This document shows positions 14,601-32,009 of a DNA stretch of 64,000 bases, in pieces. Positions within the stretch are counted from its first letter, which is position 1. Every line of letters begins with the position of its first letter. The position numbers were made by a program, and so were the translations under genes. The stretch comes from the human T2T-CHM13v2.0 reference genome, Homo sapiens. Under the pieces are notes generated by a model, which was not told the DNA's origin, did not search any database, and saw only the letters and a list, made by a program, of their open reading frames with translations. The DNA is taken from the NCBI RefSeq assembly GCF_009914755.1, contig NC_060931.1. One strand, 5' to 3'.

Positions 14601-17600
14601 AAGATATAGTGCCTTTTAATTTTTAAAGTTTTTATTGTTGAGCAATTGGTTTCCTATTTTTGCAGCTGAAAGCTTTCTCACAGATGTACACGTTCTATTC
14701 CTTTGGTTGGAAATCTCTTCTCTGTCATTGTCACCATAACAAAGGGGACTGGTTGTTCTACAAAATATTGGTTCTGTTGAAAATATATTTAAGAAATGTT
14801 GTTTAAACAAGGTTAAATGGATTTCCTTACTACAGGACATCTCAGAATGTTATTATGTGTATGGATTGTGAATTTCCAAGAAAGGCATGTGAGGAAGTTG
14901 AAACTTACTCTTTGTTCTAAAGTCAGCATTTAGGGTGACAGTCATATAAAAGTCCATAAGAAGGCACCACTTTAGAAAATGGCACATAATCTTTGTAAGT
15001 TCAACAAATCAGTCTTTCTTCCAGAGTTGAACTGGATGACTATTTGGTTAAGTATTAGAAGAGGCTACCAACTGTGGGCTGTGTAATATACATTTTTTTA
15101 AAATTGATCACATTCAGCAGAGCATAATTAAAAGATTTCAGTATGAGAGGTAATTAAACTTAAAAACTAAGAGAAATTAATTCCTATCTCTTATATGCTA
15201 AGTCTGGGATGTGTATTCATTGAGTTTGACTGATAGGCAGAATCGCATATATTATGTAAGGTGTTTCTCACTCTTTCTCTTTGTACCTCTCTCCCTTCAT
15301 CTTTCTCTTTCCTTAAAACACTATCACATGACAATGAATAGTAACCGTCCATGTGGGGTAGAAACAAAACACACTCTCTTGGTGTCATTGCAATTAAAGA
15401 TCCTTTGGTAGGGCCAATCTTAAGTGGGAAGAAGTTACCGGGATTTATATTGTGCAACTACATTAGTGCCTAGTGGTCTTTTTATCAGAGAGAAAAAAGG
15501 AAAAACCTATTTTCCATATGTCCATTATAACTTTACTTATAACAAATGGATATATTGGTATTTTTGCATGCTATTATTGGTGTTTTGAGACTTTAAAAAT
15601 ACCATAACCTTTACTGGGATATGAGCACTTGTGGAGAGAAGGAGAGCGAGCTTGGAGAATCAATGGTGAAGTGGGAGGCTCGGCAGCACCGATGTTAAAA
15701 TTCTCTTATTTCACTATCTCACCTGGAGTTGGAAATATATAATACCTAAATGTTTTCATTAATGAAGTGTATTATCAGTGTTATTATCATTAGTTCTGAC
15801 TTTTCTAGTGCTTTTTCTTGCTTTTATTTTTTGGAGACAAGGATGCTTTTCACTCAGTGCTGATTTAAAGCCAGAGTTCCCAAATTTATCAACTAATATC
15901 TCAACAAGCATGAGTCTCTAACATCCACAAGGCATACACTGTTGCAGTTACAAAGAATTGTCAGACAGAATTTAGAATTCTTCCATGAGAAACTAACTTT
16001 GTAGTTTTGGCGGTAACAAAAAATGATTATTAATTTCTCCCCACAGACGGCCACCAGGTTTACTTAAGTGATGATATCTTAGACAACAGTTCTAATATAA
16101 ATATATTTCTTAACACTGTAGAAGGATTATTTATTATCACCTTTTTCCAAAGTCTTATCTAAGACTAAACGCTCCTGATTATAACATGTCTTTAATGAGT
16201 TCTTTTATTTTATTCTAATTTTGAAAGACTGCGCTCCCTGACTTAACCTAGGGCTAAAATTGAGTATCAAAATCCCACTGTGGTTTCTGGTTCATCAGAA
16301 AACACACAGAGCTCCCCCAAAAGGCTTATTTCTCTACTTTATAACAGAGAAGTGAGTCAATCTGGGATAACTAATGCTTTCTGGTCTCTTTTAATTATTA
16401 GAATGCAGGGCTCGGGTTTGACAATGACATTGCGAGGCTGATGCAATTCCAGAGGTCTAAGGGTGACGATTTGCTGAACAGGGAAGAAGACAACATTTGC
16501 AATGCTCTTCACACTTTTGATTCACTGCTCTTCTTCCTGCCTCACTTTTCAAGCTCAGACTTTTCTTGTTAATACTCCACCCTTTCCTGACACAGAGGTG
16601 CACTATTTGTCTTACGGTAGTCTTTTTCTCTGTTGGATGCAGAGTAGCTCTGGTCATGTGGCTTAGAAGTCATGTGTCATGGTCTCCATGTCCTGAAGCT
16701 TTCATCTGGTATTTTCTGACAAAAGATGCCACAAAGTAGTCACTGGGTAACTCAGCTAACTTATTATCTCCTTCACTGGATTCAGCCCATTGTGTTGCAA
16801 AAATAATCTTATACAATATATTTCTCCAAATCCAGAAGTATATGTTTCTTGAATATGGGGAGCTCCTTTTGACATCTGTAGGAGCCTTATATCCATAAAA
16901 AGAATAATGCTTGGAACCACCTTGGCACTATTTTTTTCCCTTTATGGGTTATTTTAATTATAGAATTATTACCTCCAATTGTAATCAGGATGTGTATTAA
17001 TCTTTACAGGAGAACTATATAATTGCTTGTTAAATGTTTCTAATAGTTATTAATATAATAATAATTATTAATAAAACTAGGGTTCAGAATTTCCTCCTTT
17101 CATTATTTATTACCTAGGAAAAGACCAGAGAAAATGGTGAATACAATAATGTAAATTAAAAAAAAGATCTTGCCTTCTTTTAGAGCTACATTGATTTAAA
17201 ATGCATCATTGACAATATCACCATCATTCAAAGTACTGTGCTTTATTCAGGTGGCAGGTTGTATTTGCAAATGCAAAGCTCATCAGAGAGGGCTTCTTTT
17301 TTCCCCCTTCAGTCCCACAAAACTCTTCTGTTCCATTAAAATGAAGAATTAGAAAAATTATTTTTAAAAAATCAGCCTGAAGCTGTCTCTTTTGTTCTTT
17401 AACATACACTATTTCTATTGAGGGTTTCAAATGGAATTGATTCTGGTCAGATGCATGAGACTGGACAGTCCCCATTTTGAAAAGTTACGTATTCTGCATT
17501 ACTCTTCTGTCCATATTTCTGAGTGTTCTAACTAGTGCATTGCTTAGGCTGTATTGGGTGGTATCTGATCAAAGTAGTTCTAATCCCAGCATTTTCAGGA

Positions 17601-17983
17601 TGACTTACTATATTTGTCCTATGCCTGCTTTTAAGGTAAAAAAAAAAATGAGTTTTGCTTTTCCCTTTGTGTTGTTTATTATGTAAGTTCAATAAAAATA
17701 AAAGAAACACAGAGATGAGGAGTTTCTTGGAATAAAGCAGTTGTGATGTTTGCATATATTTGTAAAATATTCCTTCTGATTCTGAAGAATTTATAAAAGT
17801 TTAAATATAATTTATAGTTTATACATATAAAAAACACATATATATAAAACAAAGGTAAATGAATTATATATTATATACTTTAAAAAAGTAAGAAACAAAA
17901 TAATGTAACCTTGTTTAACATTTTAATTTAAAAATAAACAGAGCAATCTATTACTTTATTACATGAAATGGTGTTATCTAGCA

Positions 17984-18196
17984 CAAAGATTGAAAAACTA
18001 AGGCCCACAGGCCTGGTATTCATTTTTGTAAATGCAGGTTTTTTGGAACACAGCCATGTCCATTTATCTGCATATTGTCTATGGTTATGTTTGCCTAAAA
18101 TGACAGAATTGAACAACTGCAACAGAGACCATATAACCCACAAAGACTACAATATTTATTCTCTAGCCACCTAAAGAAAAAGTTTGCTGACTTCTA
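17984..18196 (+). mobile_element. MER58A (hAT-Charlie MITE)
   Basis: ttttgtaaat...ttggaacacagccat...attgtctatgg...aaaaagtttgctgac; 8-bp TSD atctagca (17976-17983) / atctaaca (18197-18204). Confidence 0.9.
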
Positions 18197-18785
18197 ATCT
18201 AACACATGCATAGGTAAGCCAATATTCCCCAAATTTAGAGGTTGAATGCTGTAACTGTCATATTTTCTAAGGGTAAATTATAAATCTATTTTATCTTCAG
18301 ACAACCAGGCATGAGACTCAACAACTAGAGCCAACATGTACAAAGAAAGAAAAATTATATCTCAGAATGCTTAACATTGGTAGTACAAGCCTCCACCACT
18401 TGAGCTGTAAGGTAGGAAACTTCTATTAGACACTGAAGGAGCTATTCATTATCTCTGCAAAAGATCTCTCTTCATACAGTAGAGAGCAAAAGCGTCAGCC
18501 ATTACACCAAGTCTTTTATACCTTATTCTAATGTAAAATGGCAACAAGACCTGTGCTAGCTAACAGGAGGTCTACAAACTGCCCTTTCATAAAGCTCTGT
18601 CATTCTCAGGAGGAATGAGTCCAGAGAAACGAGAATGTGGGGACAGTCTTCAGTTAGCCTACTTTTTGCTTTCAGGTCTTGCTTTGATCCTGTATTCATC
18701 CCACGATGTGTGTTTGTTAAATTTTTAATTCATTGAGAGTTGTATACAGCACCATTAAAACAATCTTTTCACATTTAGTCGTCCT

Positions 18786-18810
18786 GCAATTAATGACGTC
18801 ACCACTTGAA
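18786..18810. promoter_or_regulatory. Motif cluster: homeobox TAAT core, full CRE (TGACGTCA), NKX2-type site (CCACTTGA)
   Basis: caattaaTGACGTCAccacttgaa; CRE at 18794-18801; motif evidence only. Confidence 0.3.
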
Positions 18811-19974
18811 AAACTGGCTTCATTAACTTTAATTTTCCATTTGCTTTTCTGTCACTGATTGTTTGAAATATAACCACTCATTATTTCCATTCTCTTTCAT
18901 CCACTGTTTTAGACTTTATTATTCGGCATTTTTCAGATATATTTTTATCCTAATGGCCACCGAATTGTCTACTTAACAGTTGTTGACAAACACAGTTGTT
19001 CTTCCTAAAAAGTAATCTTCCCTTTATTAGGCATCTATGTTTCCAGTGAGAGCATAAAAGTTGCAAAAATATGATATTGATATTTTCAATATGTAACAGT
19101 CTGCCTTGGTTAAAGATCTAATCTCTATGTTTCTTTGACCTTATAACCTTTTACCTCAACTTTCAGTCTGTGTTCCATTTAAAAATGTAAATATTATTAG
19201 TGCGTATAGGAAAGATCACCTCTGTTTGAAAATTGCATATAAATAACTCCGGAGGACTGGAAAGGGGCCTAGGCTAGAATCACTGCATAAGGATTAGGTC
19301 TGTATTACATTAACTACAGAAAGAGAAAATTTCATACATTAACATGGAAAGAGCTAGTGAGGTGGCTTGAGCTGAAATTATAAACAACACAGATGTGGGC
19401 CAGTAAATGACACTCATGTTGAAAGCTCTTTTCTCCACTGTTGTCTGTCTGAATTTTAAGTATTGTACTAGTTATTAACTATCAATACAATCAGGTAATT
19501 AAAACAAAATGAAGGTTTTGCTTATGCTCCAGAAAACTGAGAAATCTAATAATTCAAGTCTAGGGGTCTAATTTCCATCCTGTTACATATCTCCTGAAAT
19601 GACCAAAGGAATATAAAAATAGACATTCATATGCATCAGTTAAAGGACCAGAGGAGGGTTATTATTTCCATTGTCAGAAATAGCAAAGTATTTCTGCTAG
19701 ATTTAGTGCAGATGAAATGACAAGGCACCGAAGGCTGGTTCGAAATGTCCCTCTGGAGTAAGTGGTTCAGACTCTCAGGAAGTAATCAGAGGACAGTCTG
19801 CCAGACCACTGACACCTTTATAATTGGAAGGATGAACATGGGAGGCAAGGAGATTCTATGGGGCAAATGGAGAGTTTAAATTTGGTATTACTTCTACTGC
19901 TGTGGATAAGGAGCATTTGTAAATAGTTGGTTGGGGGACACCCCAGCATTTCCTTATTTTCCCAGTAGAAATAA

Positions 19975-20215
19975 TAAAAATAGTCATATTTATAGAGAGT
20001 TTATTATGTGCCAGTTACTTTTTTAAATGCTTAACATGAATTGTCACACTTAATGCTCCTATTGACCCTGGATATAGGTACAGTTATTAAATGAATATTA
20101 TAGGTAAGTAAATTAAGGTATAGAAAGTTTAAGTAACTTGTCCAAGGTCAGATAATGAGTAAAGGAACTAAGATTTACACTCTGGCAGCCTGACTTGAGA
20201 TGACACCCTCAAATG
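19975..20215 (-). mobile_element. MIR
   Basis: ttattatgtgccag...aagtaacttgtccaaggtca...cagcctgact. Confidence 0.8.
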
Positions 20216-20314
20216 CTATTTTATATGACCTCCTAGAAAGTCAGTGGTGTCACTAGTTCTCCTAGCTTCTTGACAATACATGAGGAATTCAACTGGGTAT
20301 GGCATGTCTGCTTT

Positions 20315-20509
20315 TTGCCAGATATAGCAAACAAAATACAGGATGCCCAGTTACATTTGAATTTCAAATAAACAATGAAAGCTTTTTTAAAAAACTGTCA
20401 TTGCATTGTCCTGCGCAATATTAGGCACATACTTAAACTAAACATGTATTCGTCATTCGTCTGAAATTAAAGTTTAACCAGGCATTCTGTATTGTATCTG
20501 CCCGCCCTA
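20315..20509. mobile_element. MER53 palindromic hAT MITE
   Basis: ttgccagatatagcaaacaaaatacaggatgcccagttacatttgaatttc ... ctgaaattaaagtttaaccaggcattctgtattgtatctgcccgcccta. Confidence 0.88.
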
Positions 20510-21252
20510 AGAATGGCTCCTTAATGACAAGAAGGCAGCCAAACCAGAAGGAGGCATAGGAGCAGCCTCACAGCAAACCAGGCCTTGAGGCTGGGTAGAA
20601 GAGACCTGGCCACTGTATTATGGTGCTCAGCTTTGCCAAATACATAAGAAACTGCACAAAGAACTACTTTCTATGCTGGGAAAGTTCTGTGTTTAAGCCT
20701 GCCCGTTGCTTCTCTCCAAAAGTTGGGTTTTTACATTGCTAATGTAAATTTGCATGTACCAGCCCTCCATCTGAATATCTCACAGCACAAATTTGAGACC
20801 AACTGAAGAAATAATGCTGGGCCCTAAACCGAAAAGCTGTGTTTATGAGCAGACTTCCAGCCTGAATTTCTGTCTCTTCTTTCAAGAATAAATGAACAAA
20901 TAAAAATTGCAGTGAAGATTGTGAAGAGATTCTGCAATATGAAATAAAACAACTTTTAGGAAGTATCTACTTTTATTGCGTAAAAAATCCAGAGAAAGTA
21001 GAGGTAAATGTTTGACAGTTTCCACTTTGGACTATCAAAAATCTAATATAATCCAATACTAATCAATCACCTACTATGAGTGTGACATGCTCTGGTGACA
21101 TAGACTAAAGCAAAGGTGGTGCCATCAAAGACATTTTTGTAAAAGAAATTATAGTAAAATAAATGAAACAGTGGGTATTGGCAAGTATTGTAGAATGAAT
21201 GAATGAATGAATAAATAAATAAATCTAAAGGAAGGGAGAAAGAAGAACTCTT

Positions 21253-21726
<474 letters not shown>

Positions 21727-21934
21727 GCAAGACAGGACATAAAAAGAAATGAGTAGATGACTAATGGGATTTTAATCTCTCCCTTTTTAGAGAGAAGATG
21801 AAAGAATTTTTATTTGTACATTGAAAGCTATACTATTGCAGAGTATATTTTGTCAATCTTTGCTGTCACATGAAGGTCAAGATCAAAAAGAAGGATGTGT
21901 ATAAAGTTGAATATCCAAAGTAGAAGATTGAGAA

Positions 21935-22640
21935 AGACCTGCTTGCTCCATACTCAACATCCATCTAAATTCCTCTCAAGATGGCTTCTGAAATTGTAGA
22001 TGGTGGAAAACCACATCTTATTTCCCGACCCTGTCACAACTAAAATTCTGGATATGAATAAAGTCCACTACTAGATAAGCTCCAGTGAGATTTAGGGGAT
22101 GGAAGTGAAGCAAAAGATTTTTCTATTTCTACTGGAAATCATCGTGAAAAAGTCGTGTGCTTTATTTTCTGCTACATCATTAGCAGAGGTCCTAGTTCCT
22201 GGCTACTAGATTCATTGATGTCAAGTAAGAGTGTGTGGCATCTGTTGTGCTGTATAGATTGCAACAGGCATAGCATTGGTTTGAAGCTGGTACCATGGAA
22301 AGGAAATTTCCTGATGGTGTTGCCTTACTGATGGATAAGAGTGGTTTCTGGCCAGTAGTAGTGGCAGCAAGATTCTGGAGCCTACAGTACATGATTCTGG
22401 AGCCTATAGTAGACCATGTTTCACATCAGATGATGGTTTTTTCATCACAGGGGAAGTATCGTCTCCCTTGGTGACCAAGTTCCACGGTGTGCTTATAGGA
22501 GTTATTCCTGAAATCTCAACAATAATTTGTTTCTTCAGAATTTATGGCAGTTTTGTAAGCCATGTACTCTGTAATACATCTATTTCAGCTTATGCTAGCT
22601 AGAGTGAATTCTGTTTCCTACAACAAAAATCTAAACATAC
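21935..22640 (+). mobile_element. Old ERVL LTR (LTR33/LTR41-like)
   Basis: atttcccgaccctgtcacaactaaaattctggatatga, ggatggaagtgaagc, 3' tgctagctagagtgaattctgtttcctacaac; internal 22-bp tandem duplication at 22371-22411. Confidence 0.5.
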
Positions 22641-22869
22641 AAAAGGCCTGACAACAGAGATTGAGATGAGAAGTAAAGAAGCATGAGAACAGGCTGGAAA
22701 AGAATGTGTAGAGAAAATCGATCGCAAGGCTAAAAATGAAATTTAAAAATTTAAATTTGCATTAAATGCAGTAAAGATTAGAAATCATATTGCAGAAAGC
22801 TAAATAGTGCAGTGATAGACAAACTTAGGAAGCCCTCCAGAAAACAGGAGAAAGACGAATGTTTATTTA

Positions 22870-23275
<406 letters not shown>

Positions 23276-23837
23276 TTACATAGGAGAAACCAGAATTAAA
23301 AAATACAGTAACTATAAATGGGATGATTGGGGCAAACAAAATACAAAAGAAAACTTTATTCAGAAAACTATAGATATGAATGTGGAGAACACCGTCTTCT
23401 CTAAAGTTTCAGGTAAAATTTCCTTATGACATGTTGGAATTTAAAGATAAATAAAAAGTACATGAACATCCAGGCCTAAACAAAAACAATCTTGCAAAGG
23501 CTAGTTTCATAAAAAGACAGAAGCAAAGACTTTTTGCTGTATAACATCCAGTGACAGAGCATGATGAAATGTGTATAAAACTTTGAGGGAAAATTTTTTA
23601 TAAGCTAAGAACTATAATGCTAGCCAAATTATATAACATCAATAGTAGGAGCTTGTGACACATAAGAACTCAGAAGCATGCCATCTATAGGGCCTTGCTG
23701 AAAGCAGTTATGCAATAACCAGATAATTAAAGTAAATAAATGAAGACTATGGTAGATGTAATATAATCTACATTATTTCCCCTACAGGGGAAACCCTGCT
23801 TACAAAATAGAAGTTAAAGTTGAAAGAGAAATTACTT

Positions 23838-24775
23838 GGTGGCTGGCAAGATGGCTGAATAGGAACAGCTCCGCTCTGCAGCTCCCAGCGAGATCAATGC
23901 AGAAGGCAGATGATTTCTGCATTTCCAACTGAGGTACCTGGCTCATCTCATTGGGACTGGTTAGACAGTGGGTGCAGCCTATGGAGAGTGAGCCGAAGCA
24001 GGGTGGGGTATCGCCTCACCCAGGAACTCCCTCCCCTAGCCAAGGGAAGTCATGAGGGACTGTGCTGTGAGGAAAGGTGCATTCCAGCCCAGATACTATG
24101 CTTTTCCCACAGTCTTTGCAACCCGCATACCAGGAGATTCCTTCAGGTGCCTATGCCATGAGGGCTCTGGGTTTCAAGCACAAAACTGGGAGGCCAATTG
24201 GGCAGACACCGAGCTAGCTGCAGGAGTTTTTTTCATACCCCAGTGGTGCCTGGAACACCAGTGAGACAGAATCATTCACTCCCCCGGAAAGGGGGCTGAA
24301 GCCAGGGAGGCAATTGGTCTAGCTCAGTGGATCCCACTCCCACAGAGCCCAGCAAGCTAAGATCCATCGGCTTGAAATTCTCGCTGCCAGCACAGCAGTC
24401 TGAAGTCGACTTGGAACACTCCAGTTTGCTGGGGGAGGGTCATCCGCCATTACTGAGGCTTGAATAGGCAGTTTTCCCCTCACAGTGTAAACAAAGCCTC
24501 CTGGAAATTCAAACAGGGCAGAGGCCACCACAGCTCGGCAAAGCTGCTGTATCCAGACTGCCTCTCTAGGGCAGGACATCTCTAAAAGAAAGGCAGGGGC
24601 TTATAGATAAAATTCCCATCTCCCTGGGACAGAGCACTGTGGGAAGGGGCAGCTGTGGGCACAGCTTCAGCAGACTTAAAGGTTCCTTCCTGCTAGGTCT
24701 GAAGAGAACAACAGTTCACTTAGCACAGCGCTTGAGCTCTGCTAAGGGATAGACTGCCTCCTCAAGCAGGTCACT
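23838..24775 (+). promoter_or_regulatory. L1 5'UTR internal promoter region with YY1 motif
   Basis: CAAGATGGC at 23847-23855; GC-richer than the flanks; activity unknown. Confidence 0.6.
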
Positions 24776-24782
24776 AGATCTG

Positions 24783-28200
<3,418 letters not shown>

Positions 28201-29221
28201 CTACATGTTCTTACTCATAAATGGGAGTTGAACAATGAGAACACATGGACACAAGGAGGGGAATATTACACACCTGGCCCTGTCACGGGGTCGAGGGCTA
28301 GGGGAGGCATAGCATTAGGAGAAATACCTAATGTAGATGATGGGTTGATGGATGCAGCAAACCACAATGGCACATGTATACCTATGTAACAAAACTGCAC
28401 GTTCCGCACATGTATCCCAGAACTTAAAGTATTAAAAATAAAGGAATAAAAATTACTCACAAATGCATCTTGAAAGTAAAGATAAATAATGGGAAAAATA
28501 ATACCTTAATTTTAATAAATTTGGTTTGTACATATCCATAGAGTATTTGTTATTATGTATTAAGACAAAGGTTTTTCAACATGTTCCAAGACACACACTT
28601 TATTTGAATACACTGCCATTCATTTACAACTACTTTCACATAAAAAAGGGAGAAAAACACTCCCAAATAAATTTTTGTACAGAGAGAAAATTGAAACTTC
28701 AATTACATAATATTCAGAAAAAATAGAAAAGACAACACTTCAAACTAAAACATATGTGGCTAATAATATAAGTAGAAGCAAAGTCATCACTTTAAAGGCT
28801 TTCATTATTCAGCAAGTGAAATAAAATACATAAACTGAGCATTTTTTTCCCAGAGGTTATGTTAGATAAAAAGAACGTTAAAGAAAACAGAAGGTTTGAG
28901 TTAAAAAGCATAAAAGCAAAAATTACAAATTAACAAATGAAAAAACAGTGGAATTGATATCTACAAGTTGGCTCTAAAAATAATACACACACACATATAT
29001 ATGCATATAATATGTTTATTTTAATCAAAAAAGACACAATGGGATATTAGGAATATATAAACTACAAATCTAGAGATTGGAAAAGTAAAAACCTAAAATA
29101 ATCCAAAGCATAATTCCATTCTGACAAATGTTGGAATTTCTAAATGAATGATTTCCAAGAAAAGAAGCCTAAAAATTTAATGCAAAAATTTGAGAAAATA
29201 AATAACTATATGAAAATATTT

Positions 29222-29612
29222 TTGTGGTACTTATACAATATTGAATATGATGCAACTGTGAAAAAGAACAAAATCGTGTCCTTTACAACAACATAGATGC
29301 AACTGGAGGCCATTATCCTGGGAAATTAATGCAGAAACTGAAAACCAAATACTATATGTTCTCACTTATAAGTGGGAGCTAAGCTTTGGGTACTCATAGA
29401 CATAAAGATGGAAACAACAGACAGTGGGGACTACTAGATGAGGGAGAGTGGGAGACAGCTAAGGGTTGAAAAACTATTTGGTACTGTGCTCCTTACCTGA
29501 ATGATGAGATAATTTGCATCTCAAACCTCAGTATCATACACTGTACCCATGTAACAAACCTGCACATGTACTCCCTGAATCTAAAGTAAAAGTTGAAATT
29601 ATATGTTAAAAA
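29222..29612 (+). mobile_element. L1PB-like 3' fragment
   Basis: ctggaggccattatcct...ttctcacttataagtgggagctaa...acctgcacatgtactccctgaatctaaagtaaaagttg. Confidence 0.85.
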
Positions 29613-30614
29613 ACTAAACTTTAAATATATTGACATATAATTGCATGGCTGAATTTTCTCTAAGTTTCAGGGGTTTGAAAACAAATTTCAAAACTGCGTT
29701 AATTATTCCACCAAATGCTGTAAGATAGAAACAGACCAATTAATTTTACCAATTGAACATACTCATGATATCAAAACCTGAGAAACTACATCTAACACAA
29801 ACTATGGGCTAATTTAATTTATAAATAGAAATCCATAAATTCTAATAGAATGAAGCAGTGTATTATCAAATATTTTAAATCAGTTTCATCAGGTTTTATC
29901 AAATAGTGTTTAACGATAAAAGTGTATCAATTATTATGTTTCTACATGTATATGTTTGTATGTAAAAAGATACCTTCTTTTGACCTAAGGATCTTCTGTG
30001 ATCAAAATGTAAATAATTTATAAAATATGAATAAATATTTTATGTAAAACTTTAAAGGAAACGTCAAAATATAATTTAAAAAACCTTTGCTCTTTAATAA
30101 ACTATATTTTAATAGATTGGAATAAGTGGAAAGACAAAACATTTCTTAGGTAGAAAGGAACACAGTTGGAAAAATTACAATTTTCTTCAAATAAACTTAT
30201 TTAATTTAACTTAATTGCAATTAAAGTATCCATTTTCTTTGTATGTGATTCTAACATTTTTGTCAATAAAAACAAGTAAAATATGCAATTTTAAAAATGA
30301 AGACTAGTAAAGAGTATAAATACTCATATATGATTATAAAATAATATATACAATATATATGAGTATAAAACATCAATACATATTACAGGTAAAATATAAG
30401 TGTTTTATAAAACCAAATGTTAAATGGATGGAGAAATAAGCATTGGGATGCACTGAAAATAGGATAGTGAATTTTCCAAAACTTTTGAGGACTATTTGAC
30501 AGAAATATGTATTTAAAAATCAGATACTTAGCTCAAAAATTATATGCCTAGAAATTTTCTCAATAGTTATACTTATATAATTATGACAATATATGTATAT
30601 ACAAAGTTGATCAT

Positions 30615-30715
30615 GCAGCAAACCACCATGGCACACGTTTACTTATGTAACACTCCTGTATATTCTGCACATGTACCCTGGAACTTAAAAAATAAAAAAT
30701 AAAAATAAATCTTAA
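30615..30715 (+). mobile_element. Severely 5'-truncated L1PA 3' end (about 100 bp)
   Basis: gcagcaaaccaccatggcacacgttt...gtaccctggaacttaaaa plus A-rich tail; perfect 12-bp TSD aaagttgatcat (30603-30614, 30716-30727). Confidence 0.92.
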
Positions 30716-31169
30716 AAAGTTGATCATTACTGTATTAATTGCAATGAAAAAATTGTAAGGAAATAGGTAATATAAACTAAATATATAATAAGTAAAATTA
30801 AAGGGAAATAAGTAATCTAAAATCTATTTGTAGAGACTTATTTAAATAAGTTTCAATTTATTCATACAAAGGAATATAATGCAGCCATTTTAAAACTGAA
30901 GCTGAACTATCAGTCCTCATAAAATAAAATCTTGGATATATATTTTGAAGCTGAAGAAAGCAAAGTTGAGAACAATATTTTAGTGTGATTTCACATGTTA
31001 AACAATGATATATATCTATTATTTTGAGACATAGGGATGAAAGTTTATTAGAATGAGAGTCAAGCTCCTCTAAGTCCTTAGTACTTATTCCTCTTGTGTG
31101 TGGGGTATTATGGAAGCTACTGTCTGATATTTCCAGCATGTGTCTCTATTGCATTTATTTTAAAAGTTT

Positions 31170-31337
31170 TTATTTATTTTTAATTTTATTTTTGTTGAGA
31201 CAGTGTCTCCGTTGCCCAGGCTGGAGTGCAGCGGTGCAAACACAGCTCACTGCAGCTTCGACTTTCCAGGCACAAGCCACCTTCCCACCTCAGTCTCCAA
31301 AGTGCTGGAATTACAGGCATGAGCCACTATACCCTGG
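31170..31337 (-). mobile_element. Monomeric AluJ/FRAM-like element
   Basis: Single monomer with T-rich tail; TSD taaaagttt (31161-31169, 31338-31346). Confidence 0.85.
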
Positions 31338-31741
31338 TAAAAGTTTCTGAAGAGCATATTTAAATAAACAAGTATTATAAAACTACGATTTTAAAAATAG
31401 TGTTTCCTTTGTATATGAATAAACAGAGATTAATGCACAAACTAGAACATCCAGACACAAATGGCTTCTATGGTAATCAGGAACAGGTGTTTTCAAATAT
31501 ATGCCATAGCAAGGTTTTCTGGAGTGCAATTTAGCCGAATTACCCTACAAATGTAAATACATGTTTACTTAGTAAAGTTACTTCTGGAAATAAAACTTAA
31601 TAAATGAAGAAATAGATATTTGTACAATATTTCTATAGCTAAATATTCATTTCAACATTACAAACTGAAAAATAAAAACAACTTAAATGTAAAATAATTA
31701 ATTAAATAAGTTATAGAACGTAGCCATAATATATTATGTGA

Positions 31742-31988
31742 ATCACAAAGTCAAGAGATCAAGACCACCCTGACCAACATGGTGAAACCCCATCTCTACT
31801 AAAAATACAAAAAATGAGCCGGGCGTGGTGGCGGGTGCCTGTAGTCCCAGCTACTCGGGAGGCTGAGGCAGGAGAATCACTTGACCCAGGAGGCGGAGGT
31901 TGCAGTGAGCCAAGATTGTGCCACTGCATTCCAGCCTGGTGACAGAGCGAGACTCTGTCTCAAAAATAAAATAATAATAATAATAATA
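31742..31988 (+). mobile_element. AluSc lacking its first ~60 bp; (AAT)n tail
   Basis: gtcaagagatcaagacc and cctggtgacagagc, which are Sc-type diagnostics. Confidence 0.9.
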
Positions 31989-32009
31989 GTATTAGAAAGC
32001 ACTTTCAAT

